Assembly: GCA_963834975.1 (NCBI GenBank)
Contig: CAWIDZ010000004.1
Location: 127,154 to 191,153, forward strand
DNA from: Blastocatellia bacterium
Lineage (GTDB): Bacteria > Acidobacteriota > Blastocatellia > Pyrinomonadales > Pyrinomonadaceae
DNA length: 64,000 bases
Direction: 5' to 3'
In this document: positions 26,422 to 35,473 of the stretch, in pieces
How the letters are laid out: the number at the start of each line of letters is the position of its first letter
How positions within the stretch are numbered: position 1 is the first letter of the stretch
The notes under the pieces: model-generated
Told to the model about the DNA's origin: nothing
Seen by the model: only the letters and a program-made list of their open reading frames with translations
Database searches by the model: none
Translations under genes and position numbers: made by a program

Positions 26422-28314
26422 TCAATACCTGAACGCGGCCTGAGTCGGCTTGTCGCCGTTCGTACCGAATTGAAACGCAGCAAATGACCCGTCAGAACTG
26501 TTCATCCGGTACCAGTTGCCGTCTGATGGGCGGAAGACTGAGAGGTCGGCTTTGCCGTCTCCGTCGAAGTCGCCGGGTGCCGGGATGTCGTCTGATAGGC
26601 CGAAGGGATAGGCGGTGTAGACGGCTCCGTTGCTGTTCTTGATGTACCAAAATCCGTTCGACGGGCGAAAGACCGCGAGATCGGTTTTGCCGTCTCCGTC
26701 GTAATCAGCCGGGACCGTCACATCGGTTCCAAAACCGAAAATCTCCCCAAACAGTGACCCATCCGAACTGTTGACCTGATACCAGGCCCCGGTCGATGGA
26801 CGGAAAACCGCAATGTCAGCTTTGCCGTCACCGTCGAAGTCACCCAAGGTAGGCTTGTCTTCGCTCGCCCCAAACTGCATGCCAAAGAACGACCCGTCAC
26901 TGCTGTTCTGCCGGTACCACGTCCCGGTCGACGGCCTGAACACTGAAATATCCGCCTTACCGTCACCGTCATAATCGCCAGGCGTCGGCAGGTCCTCGGC
27001 CAGGCCGAAAACATAGTAAGCGACCGTGCCGTCACTGCTTTGAAATACATACCAGATCCCGGTTTCCGGCCGGTAAACGGCGATGTCCGTCTTACCGTCC
27101 CCATCATAATCCGCCGGTGCGATCTTGTCGGTGCCAAAACCAAACAACGTTCCATATAGTCCCGACGTCGACCGTTGTAGATACCACGCTCCGTCCACCG
27201 GCCTGAAGATCGAGATATCTGTTTTGCCGTCTCCGTCAAAATCAAAACCAGGCCGGTTGACGCTAGTGAGGACAATGTCGTTACCGTCACCGCCCTGATA
27301 TGTGATGCGAAAGGCTAGACTTAGCGGCGCAGCGATCGTCGAACCTTCGGGAGCATTTAGGAACGTTCCGTTGATCTCATCCGTGCCGTCTTTTCGCAAA
27401 ATAATAAACGAATCACCGATTGCCGGACGAAAGAAAGCCAGGGGGAGAGGCTCAAGGCGTGCATTACCAAGTGAAACAATTCCGGTCACATTTAATTGGT
27501 CGTGTCCGTTCACTCCTGGGGTCGTTCCGCCGATCTTACAGGCATAATTTCCGTTTGCCCCGAAAGTCAGTCCATTATTAATATTGAGAATTCCGGTTTG
27601 GTACGGTAAGGTCCCCGCGCTAATAACGCCGGATGTAACGGTAGTTGAGCCAACCGTCCCCGAACCACCAAAACCACTCAGACCTGTTGTTCCACCAATT
27701 GTTCCACCTGAAACTGAGACCGTGCTGCCGGGAATATTCGCGTCCACAACAAGTGAGCCATCATCCAACCTGATAGCACCCGTGTATCCGCCGGTTGAAG
27801 AAATTCGTGATGCACCCGACCCAGTCTTCGTCAGACTGCCTGTTCCGAAAATGAGGCTTATCCCAAAACTACCACCACCATCCAAAGTAAGGACTGTAGT
27901 TTCTGTAAATCCATTGCCGATAAACAATGCGAAGATGGATGCAGTTGACCCTTGTGCTGCATAAAAATTCTGGGAATTTGTAATTTGTATTGTGATGATC
28001 AGGAATTGGGTTCCACCATTGACTTGTAAACCGTTTGTTAACCGCAAGGTGTTACCACTGACTGAATAGTTTCCGCCCTCAATGGTGAGCGAGTTAAAAG
28101 AGAAAAAGGTAGTTGAAAAGTCATTATTGGTCATAAACCGGGCTGACGCCGCGGGAAAAACCAAGTCGTCATCATAAACAGGACTGACATCACTGACCCA
28201 ATTTGCAGCAGTTGTCCAGTTGCCGTCGGCACCTCCGCCGTCCCAGATCTTAACCGCAGAAAAAGAATTGACTGCTGAAAATATGAAGAGTGCTGTTAGG
28301 AAACATATTTTCAT
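26422..28314 (-). CDS. Secreted autotransporter-associated beta-strand repeat / FG-GAP (VCBS) repeat protein
   Basis: Signal peptide MKICFLTALFIFSAVNSFSA. A PATR-like start VKIWDGGGADGNWTTAANW. Eight FG-GAP-like units follow (DFDGDGKTDISIFRPVDGAWY...). The 630-aa ORF is intact. Confidence 0.85.
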   Translation of the reverse strand: MKICFLTALFIFSAVNSFSAVKIWDGGGADGNWTTAANWVSDVSPVYDDDLVFPAASARFMTNNDFSTTFFSFNSLTIEGGNYSVSGNTLRLTNGLQVNGGTQFLIITIQITNSQNFYAAQGSTASIFALFIGNGFTETTVLTLDGGGSFGISLIFGTGSLTKTGSGASRISSTGGYTGAIRLDDGSLVVDANIPGSTVSVSGGTIGGTTGLSGFGGSGTVGSTTVTSGVISAGTLPYQTGILNINNGLTFGANGNYACKIGGTTPGVNGHDQLNVTGIVSLGNARLEPLPLAFFRPAIGDSFIILRKDGTDEINGTFLNAPEGSTIAAPLSLAFRITYQGGDGNDIVLTSVNRPGFDFDGDGKTDISIFRPVDGAWYLQRSTSGLYGTLFGFGTDKIAPADYDGDGKTDIAVYRPETGIWYVFQSSDGTVAYYVFGLAEDLPTPGDYDGDGKADISVFRPSTGTWYRQNSSDGSFFGMQFGASEDKPTLGDFDGDGKADIAVFRPSTGAWYQVNSSDGSLFGEIFGFGTDVTVPADYDGDGKTDLAVFRPSNGFWYIKNSNGAVYTAYPFGLSDDIPAPGDFDGDGKADLSVFRPSDGNWYRMNSSDGSFAAFQFGTNGDKPTQAAFRY

Positions 28315-28619
28315 AAGCCTTAATTGTTTGAACGCTCTTCTATTCCAAAGCTAACTCTTATCCTGTATCATGCGGCCGCGGTCTGGGAAAACTCGCTCTA
28401 TGCACTTAAATGGCAGGTTCAAAGGAGCGAAACAAATGTTGATCACCCAGGTTAGGTACGTTCAATTTTAACCCATGTGGAGCGGTTCTCAACAAAAATG
28501 TTGGAGCATGCGGCCGGAGCGATTTCCACTGTTTTTTAGCTGAGGCTAAAAAAGCGGTTGCAATTGACGTAAGCGATGGAGTTGCAGCACTTTAAAGCAC
28601 AAACTTGGTTTTGGGAAAA

Positions 28620-28900
28620 TCATTTTCCTGACAATTTAGCGGTTTTCTCAAGAGGAAAACGGGTTATTTGCCGGCAGAGTGCTTTTCCGATCGGGAAAGG
28701 CGTTTTCGCATCGGTTCAAGGTGTTTCCCGTCGGTACGGTCGTTGTCCCGGCCGGGGAGCGGTTTTCCTGTCGCGAGAAGCGGGGTTTCTTCGGAAAATG
28801 GTTTTACTGACGGTTTAGGCGTTTTCCCGACAGAGAAGTGGGCTTTACCGGCAGGATGCGGCTTTACCGACAGTTAAGAGGCTTTACCGACGCGGGAACG
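28620..28900. repeat. About 14 degenerate tandem repeats with a roughly 20-bp period (core G-N-TTTNCCGNC-R-G)
   Basis: Units begin near 28621, 28640, 28660, 28681, 28700, 28721, 28742, 28761, 28782, 28801, 28819, 28841, 28860 and 28881. Examples are gcttttccgatcgg, gcgttttcccgacag and ggctttaccgacag (the last form appears about three times at the right end). Confidence 0.8.
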
Positions 28901-28926
28901 TGTGGAATAAGAGATGGCCGACCGAT

Positions 28927-29460
28927 CTATTGAATTGGAGCGTGGACAATTTGCCGCGATCGCGTTTTCAGGAACGCGCCGCTTCTAAGAGGCTTTATGA
29001 TCTTTCGAGTAAGCAGTAATTCGTCGACCATTTTTAGTCGATGGTCAAAGATATATTTCAGTTGGCGGGCGACAAAAAATTGGCCGATGTCGCCGAGCGG
29101 TTCGAGCGGCAGGCGGTAGCGGACCTCGTCCTCCATCAGGGTTTTGCCGGGCTCGGGCTCGGTGAAGCGGTGACGGTGGATCCATTGTTTGTAGGGGCCG
29201 ATGAGCTGTTCGTCTGCAAACTCGTTGGGCGGGTCCCACACCGTTATCTCGGACCGCCATTTCATCGGGAAACCGTACATCGAGAGGCGGTAATCGATGA
29301 CCGTTCCCTGTTTGATGTCGATCGGCGTCGGCGTGACGATGTTAAACCCCAGCTCGGGCGGGGTGATGCGTTCGAGATTTTCGGCGTTCGAGAAGAACTC
29401 AAAAACCTCATCGCGCGGCAGGTCGATCGACTGTGACGCGGTGAAAATATATTCGGCCAT
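28927..29460 (-). CDS. SRPBCC (START/polyketide-cyclase-like) ligand-binding family protein
   Basis: 177 aa with a pattern typical of the COG4276-type SRPBCC family: DLPRDEVFEFFSNAENLERITPP...WIHRHRF. Confidence 0.6.
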   Translation of the reverse strand: MAEYIFTASQSIDLPRDEVFEFFSNAENLERITPPELGFNIVTPTPIDIKQGTVIDYRLSMYGFPMKWRSEITVWDPPNEFADEQLIGPYKQWIHRHRFTEPEPGKTLMEDEVRYRLPLEPLGDIGQFFVARQLKYIFDHRLKMVDELLLTRKIIKPLRSGAFLKTRSRQIVHAPIQ

Positions 29461-29466
29461 ACGGGT

Positions 29467-29997
29467 CTAATTTTTCGACTTGAGATATTTTTTCGGGATC
29501 GGATTATCAGGTGTTTCGCCGAGCCAGTAAATGGTCACAACCCACCAGCGCGTTCCGTCATTCAGCAGCTGAAAACTGTTGATGCCGCGGGCAAAGGGCT
29601 TTTCGCCCGGGGCGTGCCGCGATTCGTAGGTCGAAAATACCTGGGCGATATTGCCGTACATATCTACACGCCGGGCTTTCTCGTTCTCAAAGAAACCTTC
29701 CTTTTCAAGGAATGGCGCAGAACGGGAGATATATTCATCCGGAGTGAACGATGTGGCTCCGATAGCACCGGTCTTGGCGCTTTTGCCCGAAGGTATCAGG
29801 CGGGCGTCTTTGTGAAACAGGGAACGAAAACGGTCCCAATCACGCTTTTGGCCCGCCGGGCCCGAGATCACGTCATAAACGGACTTCATTATCGCGTCGA
29901 GCGAGCCGACATCGGCCGGATCGGCGGCCTTTGCCTGTGCAAAAGTGGTGCTTATGGAAATAATAATTGTCAGGGCGGCAAGTATCGTGGTTTTCAT
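29467..29997 (-). CDS. Secreted NTF2-like (SnoaL/DUF4440-like) protein
   Basis: The internal start MKTTILAALTIIISISTTFAQA at 29997 gives a signal peptide. The remainder looks NTF2-like, ending WWVVTIYW. Confidence 0.5.
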   Translation of the reverse strand: MKTTILAALTIIISISTTFAQAKAADPADVGSLDAIMKSVYDVISGPAGQKRDWDRFRSLFHKDARLIPSGKSAKTGAIGATSFTPDEYISRSAPFLEKEGFFENEKARRVDMYGNIAQVFSTYESRHAPGEKPFARGINSFQLLNDGTRWWVVTIYWLGETPDNPIPKKYLKSKN

Positions 29998-30066
29998 AAT
30001 GAACCAATTATGGCATAAACAATGTCCCGTTTCAGCAGGACGCAGCGGATAAGCTAAGATAAGGGT

Positions 30067-31143
30067 ATGAGCGAAAAGCTTCATCTTTTGGGCCTGTCGA
30101 GACGCGAACTCGAAGATCTCGCCATTGCAGCGGGCGAGCCGAAGTATCGCGCGACGCAGGTCTTTAAGGCGATGCATCAGCGGCGGCTGACCTCGTTTGA
30201 CGAGATCACCGACATGCCAAAACGCCTGCGGGCAAATTTTAATGCAAAGGCCGAACTGTCGCGTCTAACGGTTGAGTCGCGTTATGTCTCGATCGACGGT
30301 ACGCGGCGGTACCTGATGAAAACTAAAGACGGTTACCCGGTCGAGGCAGTTTATATTCCGACCGAGAACCGCGATACCATCTGTTTTTCTTCGCAATCGG
30401 GGTGCCCGCTCAAATGCGACTTTTGCCTGACGGCAAAGCTCGGGCTGCTGCGGAACCTGACGCCGGGCGAGATAGTCGAACAGATCGTGATCGTGCTCAA
30501 CGACGTTTACGGCGTCGGCGTCGAAACGCCGCACGGTACAAATCTGGTAGGGATGGGCGCGGGTGAGCCGTTCCTGAATTTTGAAAACCTGATCGCGGCA
30601 CTTCGTATAATGGCGGACGAGGACGGTCTGTTCATTGTCCCAAACCGTGTTACGGTTTCGACGGCCGGCATCGTGCCAAAGATCTATGAGCTTGCAAAAC
30701 TTGATGATCGTCCTCATCTGGCGATCTCGCTTGCGGCACCTACAGATGAGCTGCGAGAACAGCTAATGCCGATCAATAAGCGATGGGACATTTCGGAACT
30801 GATGACGGCGGCAAAGGAATTTGAGAGCAGCCTCAAACGCGGCGAGCGGTTTACGTTCGAATATGTAATGCTCGGCGGCGTAAATGATTCGGACGCTCAG
30901 GCGGCTGAGCTTGCCCGGCTGCTTGACCGATATCAGCTTAGCCGAGTGAAGATAAACCTGATCCCGCACAACGGCGCCGAGCAGCTCGACTATCAAACGT
31001 CGACGCCTGAGCGCGTCCAGCGGTTTAAAAGCATCCTCGAATCGCGGGGTGTGTCAGCATATGTACGCAGCCCGCGCGGGAGTGATATCTATGCAGCCTG
31101 CGGCCAGTTGGCGGCAATGGAAGGAGAAAAAGTGAAAATGTGA
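30067..31143 (+). CDS. rlmN: 23S rRNA/tRNA adenine-C2 methyltransferase, radical SAM
   Basis: KYRATQVFKAMHQRR near the N-terminus, radical-SAM cluster CPLKCDFC, and C-terminal GSDIYAACGQL. Confidence 0.9.
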   Translation: MSEKLHLLGLSRRELEDLAIAAGEPKYRATQVFKAMHQRRLTSFDEITDMPKRLRANFNAKAELSRLTVESRYVSIDGTRRYLMKTKDGYPVEAVYIPTENRDTICFSSQSGCPLKCDFCLTAKLGLLRNLTPGEIVEQIVIVLNDVYGVGVETPHGTNLVGMGAGEPFLNFENLIAALRIMADEDGLFIVPNRVTVSTAGIVPKIYELAKLDDRPHLAISLAAPTDELREQLMPINKRWDISELMTAAKEFESSLKRGERFTFEYVMLGGVNDSDAQAAELARLLDRYQLSRVKINLIPHNGAEQLDYQTSTPERVQRFKSILESRGVSAYVRSPRGSDIYAACGQLAAMEGEKVKM

Positions 31144-31244
31144 AAAAGTGAAAGAGTGAAAAAGTAAGAGGGGCTTGAGAACGGTTACAAGCATCTTTGC
31201 TCTTAAACTTTTTCACTTTTAACCTTTTTCACTTTTCCACTTTA
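31121..31244 (+). terminator. Long imperfect hairpin built from GTGAAAAA octamer repeats (probable terminator or RNA-stability element after rlmN)
   Basis: The left arm, 31121-31170, contains five GTGAAA(A/G)-type units. The loop is about 29 nt. The right arm, 31200-31244 (ctcttaaactttttcacttttaacctttttcacttttccacttta), is its near reverse complement and is T-rich. Confidence 0.5.
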
Positions 31245-31249
31245 CTTAG

Positions 31250-31769
31250 ATGGAATTATTGATACCAGGATTGATACTCGTTGCCTTAATGGCATATGCC
31301 TCGACGCGTATTAAACGCAGCGCGGCACGGGCTTTTGAATCAGAAACCATCGAAACGGACGAATTTGTCATCCAAAAACCCGAAGGCTTTCTGAATGTGC
31401 TCAACGGCGACCCGAAATTTGCCTTCGAGAGCTACTCAAAACCTTACGGCCAGGAGCCGGCTCAGGAATTCAGGCAGTGCACGGCTAAGTTGAGGATCAT
31501 CGAAAACTCTGGTCTGGCCAAAGTGACGGCCGACATCAAAAATTCCGGCGATCGAGATCGTCAGCGATATAAAAGAAGTCGTCAATGAGATGCATTATCG
31601 GGTGATCGAAGCGACGCGAATTGAAAAGGGGATCGAGTTTCGCGTCATAAATAAACTCGCCCAACGAAACGGTAAAGTGTTTCAGCTCGAGGCCGTAGCT
31701 CTTACTGAAACAACCGACGAATTTATGCGTAAACTCGAAACACTCGTTGATAGTTTTGAGGTCAAATAA
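31250..31769 (+). pseudogene. Hypothetical membrane-anchored protein with an apparent frameshift near 31555
   Basis: ORF 31250-31588 has an N-terminal transmembrane segment (LIPGLILVALMAYA). Its reading frame degenerates after ADIKNSG. The next frame continues without stops (IEIVSDIKEVVNEMHYRVIEATRIEKGIEFRVINKL...SFEVK) to the TAA at 31767-31769. Confidence 0.5.
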
Positions 31770-31779
31770 TCAAAAATCT

Positions 31780-32253
31780 ATGTTTAAGAAACTTCTCAGA
31801 CTCAGTGTATTAGCGGCCGTTGTTGCCGCATTCGGTGTTTTGACGGGCGTTGGGGCCCAGACGGTAAGCGGTTCGATCAAGGGCGGCAGCGTAACCCGCG
31901 GTAAAGCTGCCCGGGCAACCGTCGTTCTGAGTATTCCCGCCGGGCTGCATGTAAACTCAAACCGGCCTACCGGTGAATATATGGTTCCGACGACGGTCAA
32001 GGCGACTGCCAAGGGTGTCAAGATCGGCCCGGTCAGCTATCCCCGCGGCAAGAACCGTAAATTCAGTTTTTCAGATCATCCGATAAATGTTTATGAGGGC
32101 CAGGTGGCGTTCGGGTTTAACGTAACGGCTCCGGCGGGATATCGCGGAAACTCAGTCTCGGTTCGCGTTGTCGTCCATTATCAGGCGTGTACTAATGAGG
32201 TTTGTTACGCTCCAACCAGTAAAGAGTTTACGATGACGGCGAGCGTCCGCTAG
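31780..32253 (+). CDS. Secreted DsbD N-terminal-domain-like protein
   Basis: Signal peptide MFKKLLRLSVLAAVVAAFG. The C-terminal YQACTNEVCYAP resembles the conserved Cys motif of the DsbD N-terminal (DsbC-type Pfam) domain. Confidence 0.55.
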   Translation: MFKKLLRLSVLAAVVAAFGVLTGVGAQTVSGSIKGGSVTRGKAARATVVLSIPAGLHVNSNRPTGEYMVPTTVKATAKGVKIGPVSYPRGKNRKFSFSDHPINVYEGQVAFGFNVTAPAGYRGNSVSVRVVVHYQACTNEVCYAPTSKEFTMTASVR

Positions 32254-33114
32254 CCGCGCCGGCCGATCACCGACATCAGCCGGCCGGTCTTGCCGTATTT
32301 TCGTTTCTCAAGACGATACGAGAAAAACAGTTCCGGCCGCTCCATCGTACAATACGGCGCTGTGTAAATATTGTCACCGTTTACCCCCGCATCGATCAGC
32401 TGGTCGCGATTTGCCATATGCAGGTCGACTAACGCGTGGCCTTCGCGGGTCGGTGAGAAGTATTTTTCACTTCCTTCAAAATTCTCTGCAAAGGCGTCCA
32501 TAACGTCACGGCCGATCTCGTAATTTCGGCCGCACGCGGCTGGTCCAATGGCACATATCATATCCTTAGCGTTTGAGCCATAACTTTCCCGCAGGCTTTC
32601 AACCGTTTTACTAACTATCGACTGAACAGTTCCCCGCCAACCGGCATGGACGGCGGCAAACACATTCGCCGCCGGATCGCCTATCAGAACGGGTACGCAA
32701 TCCGCGGTCTTTACACCCGCCAGTACGCCTGCCATTGACGATATGAGGGCATCAGCATATTCCTCTGAGTTTGCTATATCCGCATCGTCGCGGACCGGTT
32801 TGATCTTATTGCCATGAACCTGCCAGACGGTCGCAAGCTGCCACTGACCTCCAAAGACGGCGAGAAACCGCCGCCGATTCTCTGCAATATTCTCGGACGG
32901 AATCTTCACTAAAGCCTGCGAGGTTGAGGTCGCCATCGGGAAACGGCGAAGCCCCGCCGAGCCTTGTAGAGAAGCCGTTTACAAAACCAGCGTCGTCGAG
33001 AGGACGGCAAACAAGGATCTTTACACCGCCGCTTTCTCGCCAATAAAAGGCGGAATCTGCTAAAGTTTCTTCAACGTCAATTGACGGCTGTTCTATGATC
33101 GTTTCCATAGGCAT
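32250..33114 (-). pseudogene. pgeF: Peptidoglycan editing factor PgeF (YfiH/DUF152 laccase-domain) with an apparent frameshift near 32905
   Basis: The N-terminal piece (32806-33114) has GFSTRLGGASPFPDGDLNLAGFSEDS. The other frame (32250-32936) continues ENIAENRRRFLAVFGG...TADCVPVL...HAGWRGT...CTMERPELFFSYR. Confidence 0.75.
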
Positions 33115-33475
33115 CGATATTGTTGAAGTCTATCGCATACGCGAGACCATCGCCAGAACCCCGCGGTTTGTCGAACGGGTTTTTACTGCGGGCGAGCGAG
33201 CATATTGCGAAGCCAAGGGGGTGGCAGCGGCACAGTCCTTTGCGGCACGTTTTGCTGCTAAAGAGGCTTTCTTAAAAGCTCTGAAAACCGGCTGGCGTGG
33301 GAAAATAACGTGGCATGATATCGAGGTTGTCTCTGACGAGGACGGTGTTCCCTCGCTGAACATAACAGGTGAGGCTCGGACGATCCTCAAAAAGCTGGGA
33401 GCAGAACGCATTCACCTGTCGATCTCACATACGGCGGAACATGCGATCGCTCAGGTCCTGCTTGAGGGTGACTAG
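33095..33475 (+). CDS. acpS: Holo-[acyl-carrier-protein] synthase
   Basis: MIVSIGIDIVEVYRI... and FAAKEAFLKAL. 126 aa. Confidence 0.9.
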   Translation: MIVSIGIDIVEVYRIRETIARTPRFVERVFTAGERAYCEAKGVAAAQSFAARFAAKEAFLKALKTGWRGKITWHDIEVVSDEDGVPSLNITGEARTILKKLGAERIHLSISHTAEHAIAQVLLEGD

Positions 33476-33482
33476 GTACTGA

Positions 33483-35384
33483 TCATGGCGTGGGCTTTGC
33501 TGCCGGCGGTTCGTCTAATTTAAGGAACAGAACGGGCGCATCATGGTCAGAGACTCGTTCGGGCCGCAGCGGATCATTACCCCAAACCAGAGGAAAATCT
33601 GCGTCGACGCGGGCGTATCCAAATTTTGCCAGCCTTTCGCGGACCGGCCTGTTGATGAGGATGTGGTCTATCGCCTGTGCCGTCCCGTCATACACGTAAG
33701 AGTATCGATTTTTCTGATCTATATATTCGATCAGGTTTGCCAGGCCGGTATTGAAAGCTGTTTTTGATGGCGTGATCACGTCAGGGTCTGACTTTCCTTT
33801 CAATATCCCGATCAGGTCGTTGTAACCGTCATTGAACTGGAATGCATTGAAATCACCGCAAATTATCAGGCGCTCGGCCGGGTCTGCCTTTTCACGGTCC
33901 TCGACCCACTTCGCCAGCCATTCCGCTTCGAGCCGGCGTTTGTTGCGAACACGGTCGCCGTCCTTGGGGTCATTAATGCCGCGGTACGATTTGAAGTGAT
34001 TTACGATAACGGTAAAGGCAAGCGGTTTCTCGGTCTTGGTATCCAATACCTCAGCGCGAAGCATGAGCGGCGGACGGTCAAAGAGCTTTTCATCCGGAGA
34101 ACCGCCCGGGTAATTCATCTTAATGTCGGCGGCGAGTTGTTTGGTTTCAATGACCTTGATCTTGCCCGGCTTGACCAGAAAGCCGACGTTGATCCCACGA
34201 ACGTCATTACCGTTTTCCAGATAGGCAACATATTTAGGATCGGGTTGGTCGGCGGCGACAGCATCGGCGCTGATCTTAGCGGCGATCTTTTGCATCACCT
34301 TGAGATTCTCTACCTCTACGATCCCCAGAACATCCGGCATTGAGAGGACATTGCGGATCGCTAACGAGACCTTATTCAATCGATTTTGAAAGACGGCTTT
34401 TGGCAATATCGCTTCTTTAACTACCGTTTTCGAATTATCCTCGTCGTCAAAAAAGTTCTCGATATTAAAGCTGCCAATAGTGACCTCTCGTTCTCCTGCG
34501 GCGCTGACCGGGACAAATCCTTTGATATTCTCAACCGTTGGTGCAGGATCGGCATCGATCAACACCGTGTAGAAACCCTTGTAATAATCGACGACCCCGG
34601 TTAACCCTTTGATCGTAGCTCCGGCAGGTATGTCCAGGACCTTTGCCCCGTTAAGTCCATCACTGTCGACACGCAGAACCTCAGGGTTCATATCAAACGC
34701 CGGTGTCTGGGCCGGCAGCTTTTCCATCAGCTTGGTAAGTATCTCGATACCCGGCTCGCGAAGGGGACGCGGCGCATCGATCAAGGATGCAAAGAAAACT
34801 CCGTTTGAGGTCGAAAGGCCTGTCTTTGCATTCGGCGGATATCCGCCGGTCGGGACGACAACAACGATGTCCGCCCATACCCTCATCCCCTCGAACCGTT
34901 CCATCTGGTCAAGTTTGCCTTTTGGGTCGAGCTCGGCGGATGTCAAAACGATCGGTGCCGGCAGCGGATTGTCTTTTGATATGACCTTGACGGTCGGCCT
35001 TGTTAATTCGGTAATGCTAAAGTACGCCGCTTCGTTCTTTGGAACATATTCACTTACAGTGCCGTCAACCTGAACAAGATATCCGATCGAGACCGCGTCG
35101 ACGCTCTCAGATCCAAAAACATAAATACCCTCGGACGTTTTAGGGTCCTTGTCGGCGTCGGCATCCGGCGTCTGAAGATAAAAACCACGCTTGCTTATCG
35201 CCGTGACAATACCCTTTGTACGGACACTCTGATTAGCGTAGCTTGATTTAACGGAATTACCTTGTATCTCAGCGATCGACAGCTCTTTTTGCGCATAGAC
35301 AGAAACCGAGGTTCCGCCTATAACAAAAGCAACAACTGCGAATGACAGCCTTAACCAGGCAAGTATGGTAGATCGTGATCTCAT
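33483..35384 (-). CDS. Secreted ExeM/NucH-type extracellular nuclease (endonuclease/exonuclease/phosphatase fold)
   Basis: Signal peptide, then IAEIQGNSVKSSYANQSVRTKGIVTA...GFYLQ, an N-terminal OB-like module typical of ExeM/NucH. An EEP core follows (IGSFNIENFF ... SDHDAPVL). Confidence 0.75.
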   Translation of the reverse strand: MRSRSTILAWLRLSFAVVAFVIGGTSVSVYAQKELSIAEIQGNSVKSSYANQSVRTKGIVTAISKRGFYLQTPDADADKDPKTSEGIYVFGSESVDAVSIGYLVQVDGTVSEYVPKNEAAYFSITELTRPTVKVISKDNPLPAPIVLTSAELDPKGKLDQMERFEGMRVWADIVVVVPTGGYPPNAKTGLSTSNGVFFASLIDAPRPLREPGIEILTKLMEKLPAQTPAFDMNPEVLRVDSDGLNGAKVLDIPAGATIKGLTGVVDYYKGFYTVLIDADPAPTVENIKGFVPVSAAGEREVTIGSFNIENFFDDEDNSKTVVKEAILPKAVFQNRLNKVSLAIRNVLSMPDVLGIVEVENLKVMQKIAAKISADAVAADQPDPKYVAYLENGNDVRGINVGFLVKPGKIKVIETKQLAADIKMNYPGGSPDEKLFDRPPLMLRAEVLDTKTEKPLAFTVIVNHFKSYRGINDPKDGDRVRNKRRLEAEWLAKWVEDREKADPAERLIICGDFNAFQFNDGYNDLIGILKGKSDPDVITPSKTAFNTGLANLIEYIDQKNRYSYVYDGTAQAIDHILINRPVRERLAKFGYARVDADFPLVWGNDPLRPERVSDHDAPVLFLKLDEPPAAKPTP

Positions 35385-35473
35385 TACAATTTATCCCGTT
35401 TTAATCCGAATGGTTCTCGCGTGGTCTTTTTGTTATAGGATGCCTCCGTTGGACAAAAGTTCTGAATTACTGT

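Noticed and set aside
28576-28877. Two overlapping plus-strand ORFs (80 and 69 aa) with heptad-like periodic peptides across the second tandem array
   Set aside because: The DNA unit length drifts between 18 and 22 bp, so no single frame keeps the repeat. There is no RBS, so I interpret this as a non-coding tandem repeat.
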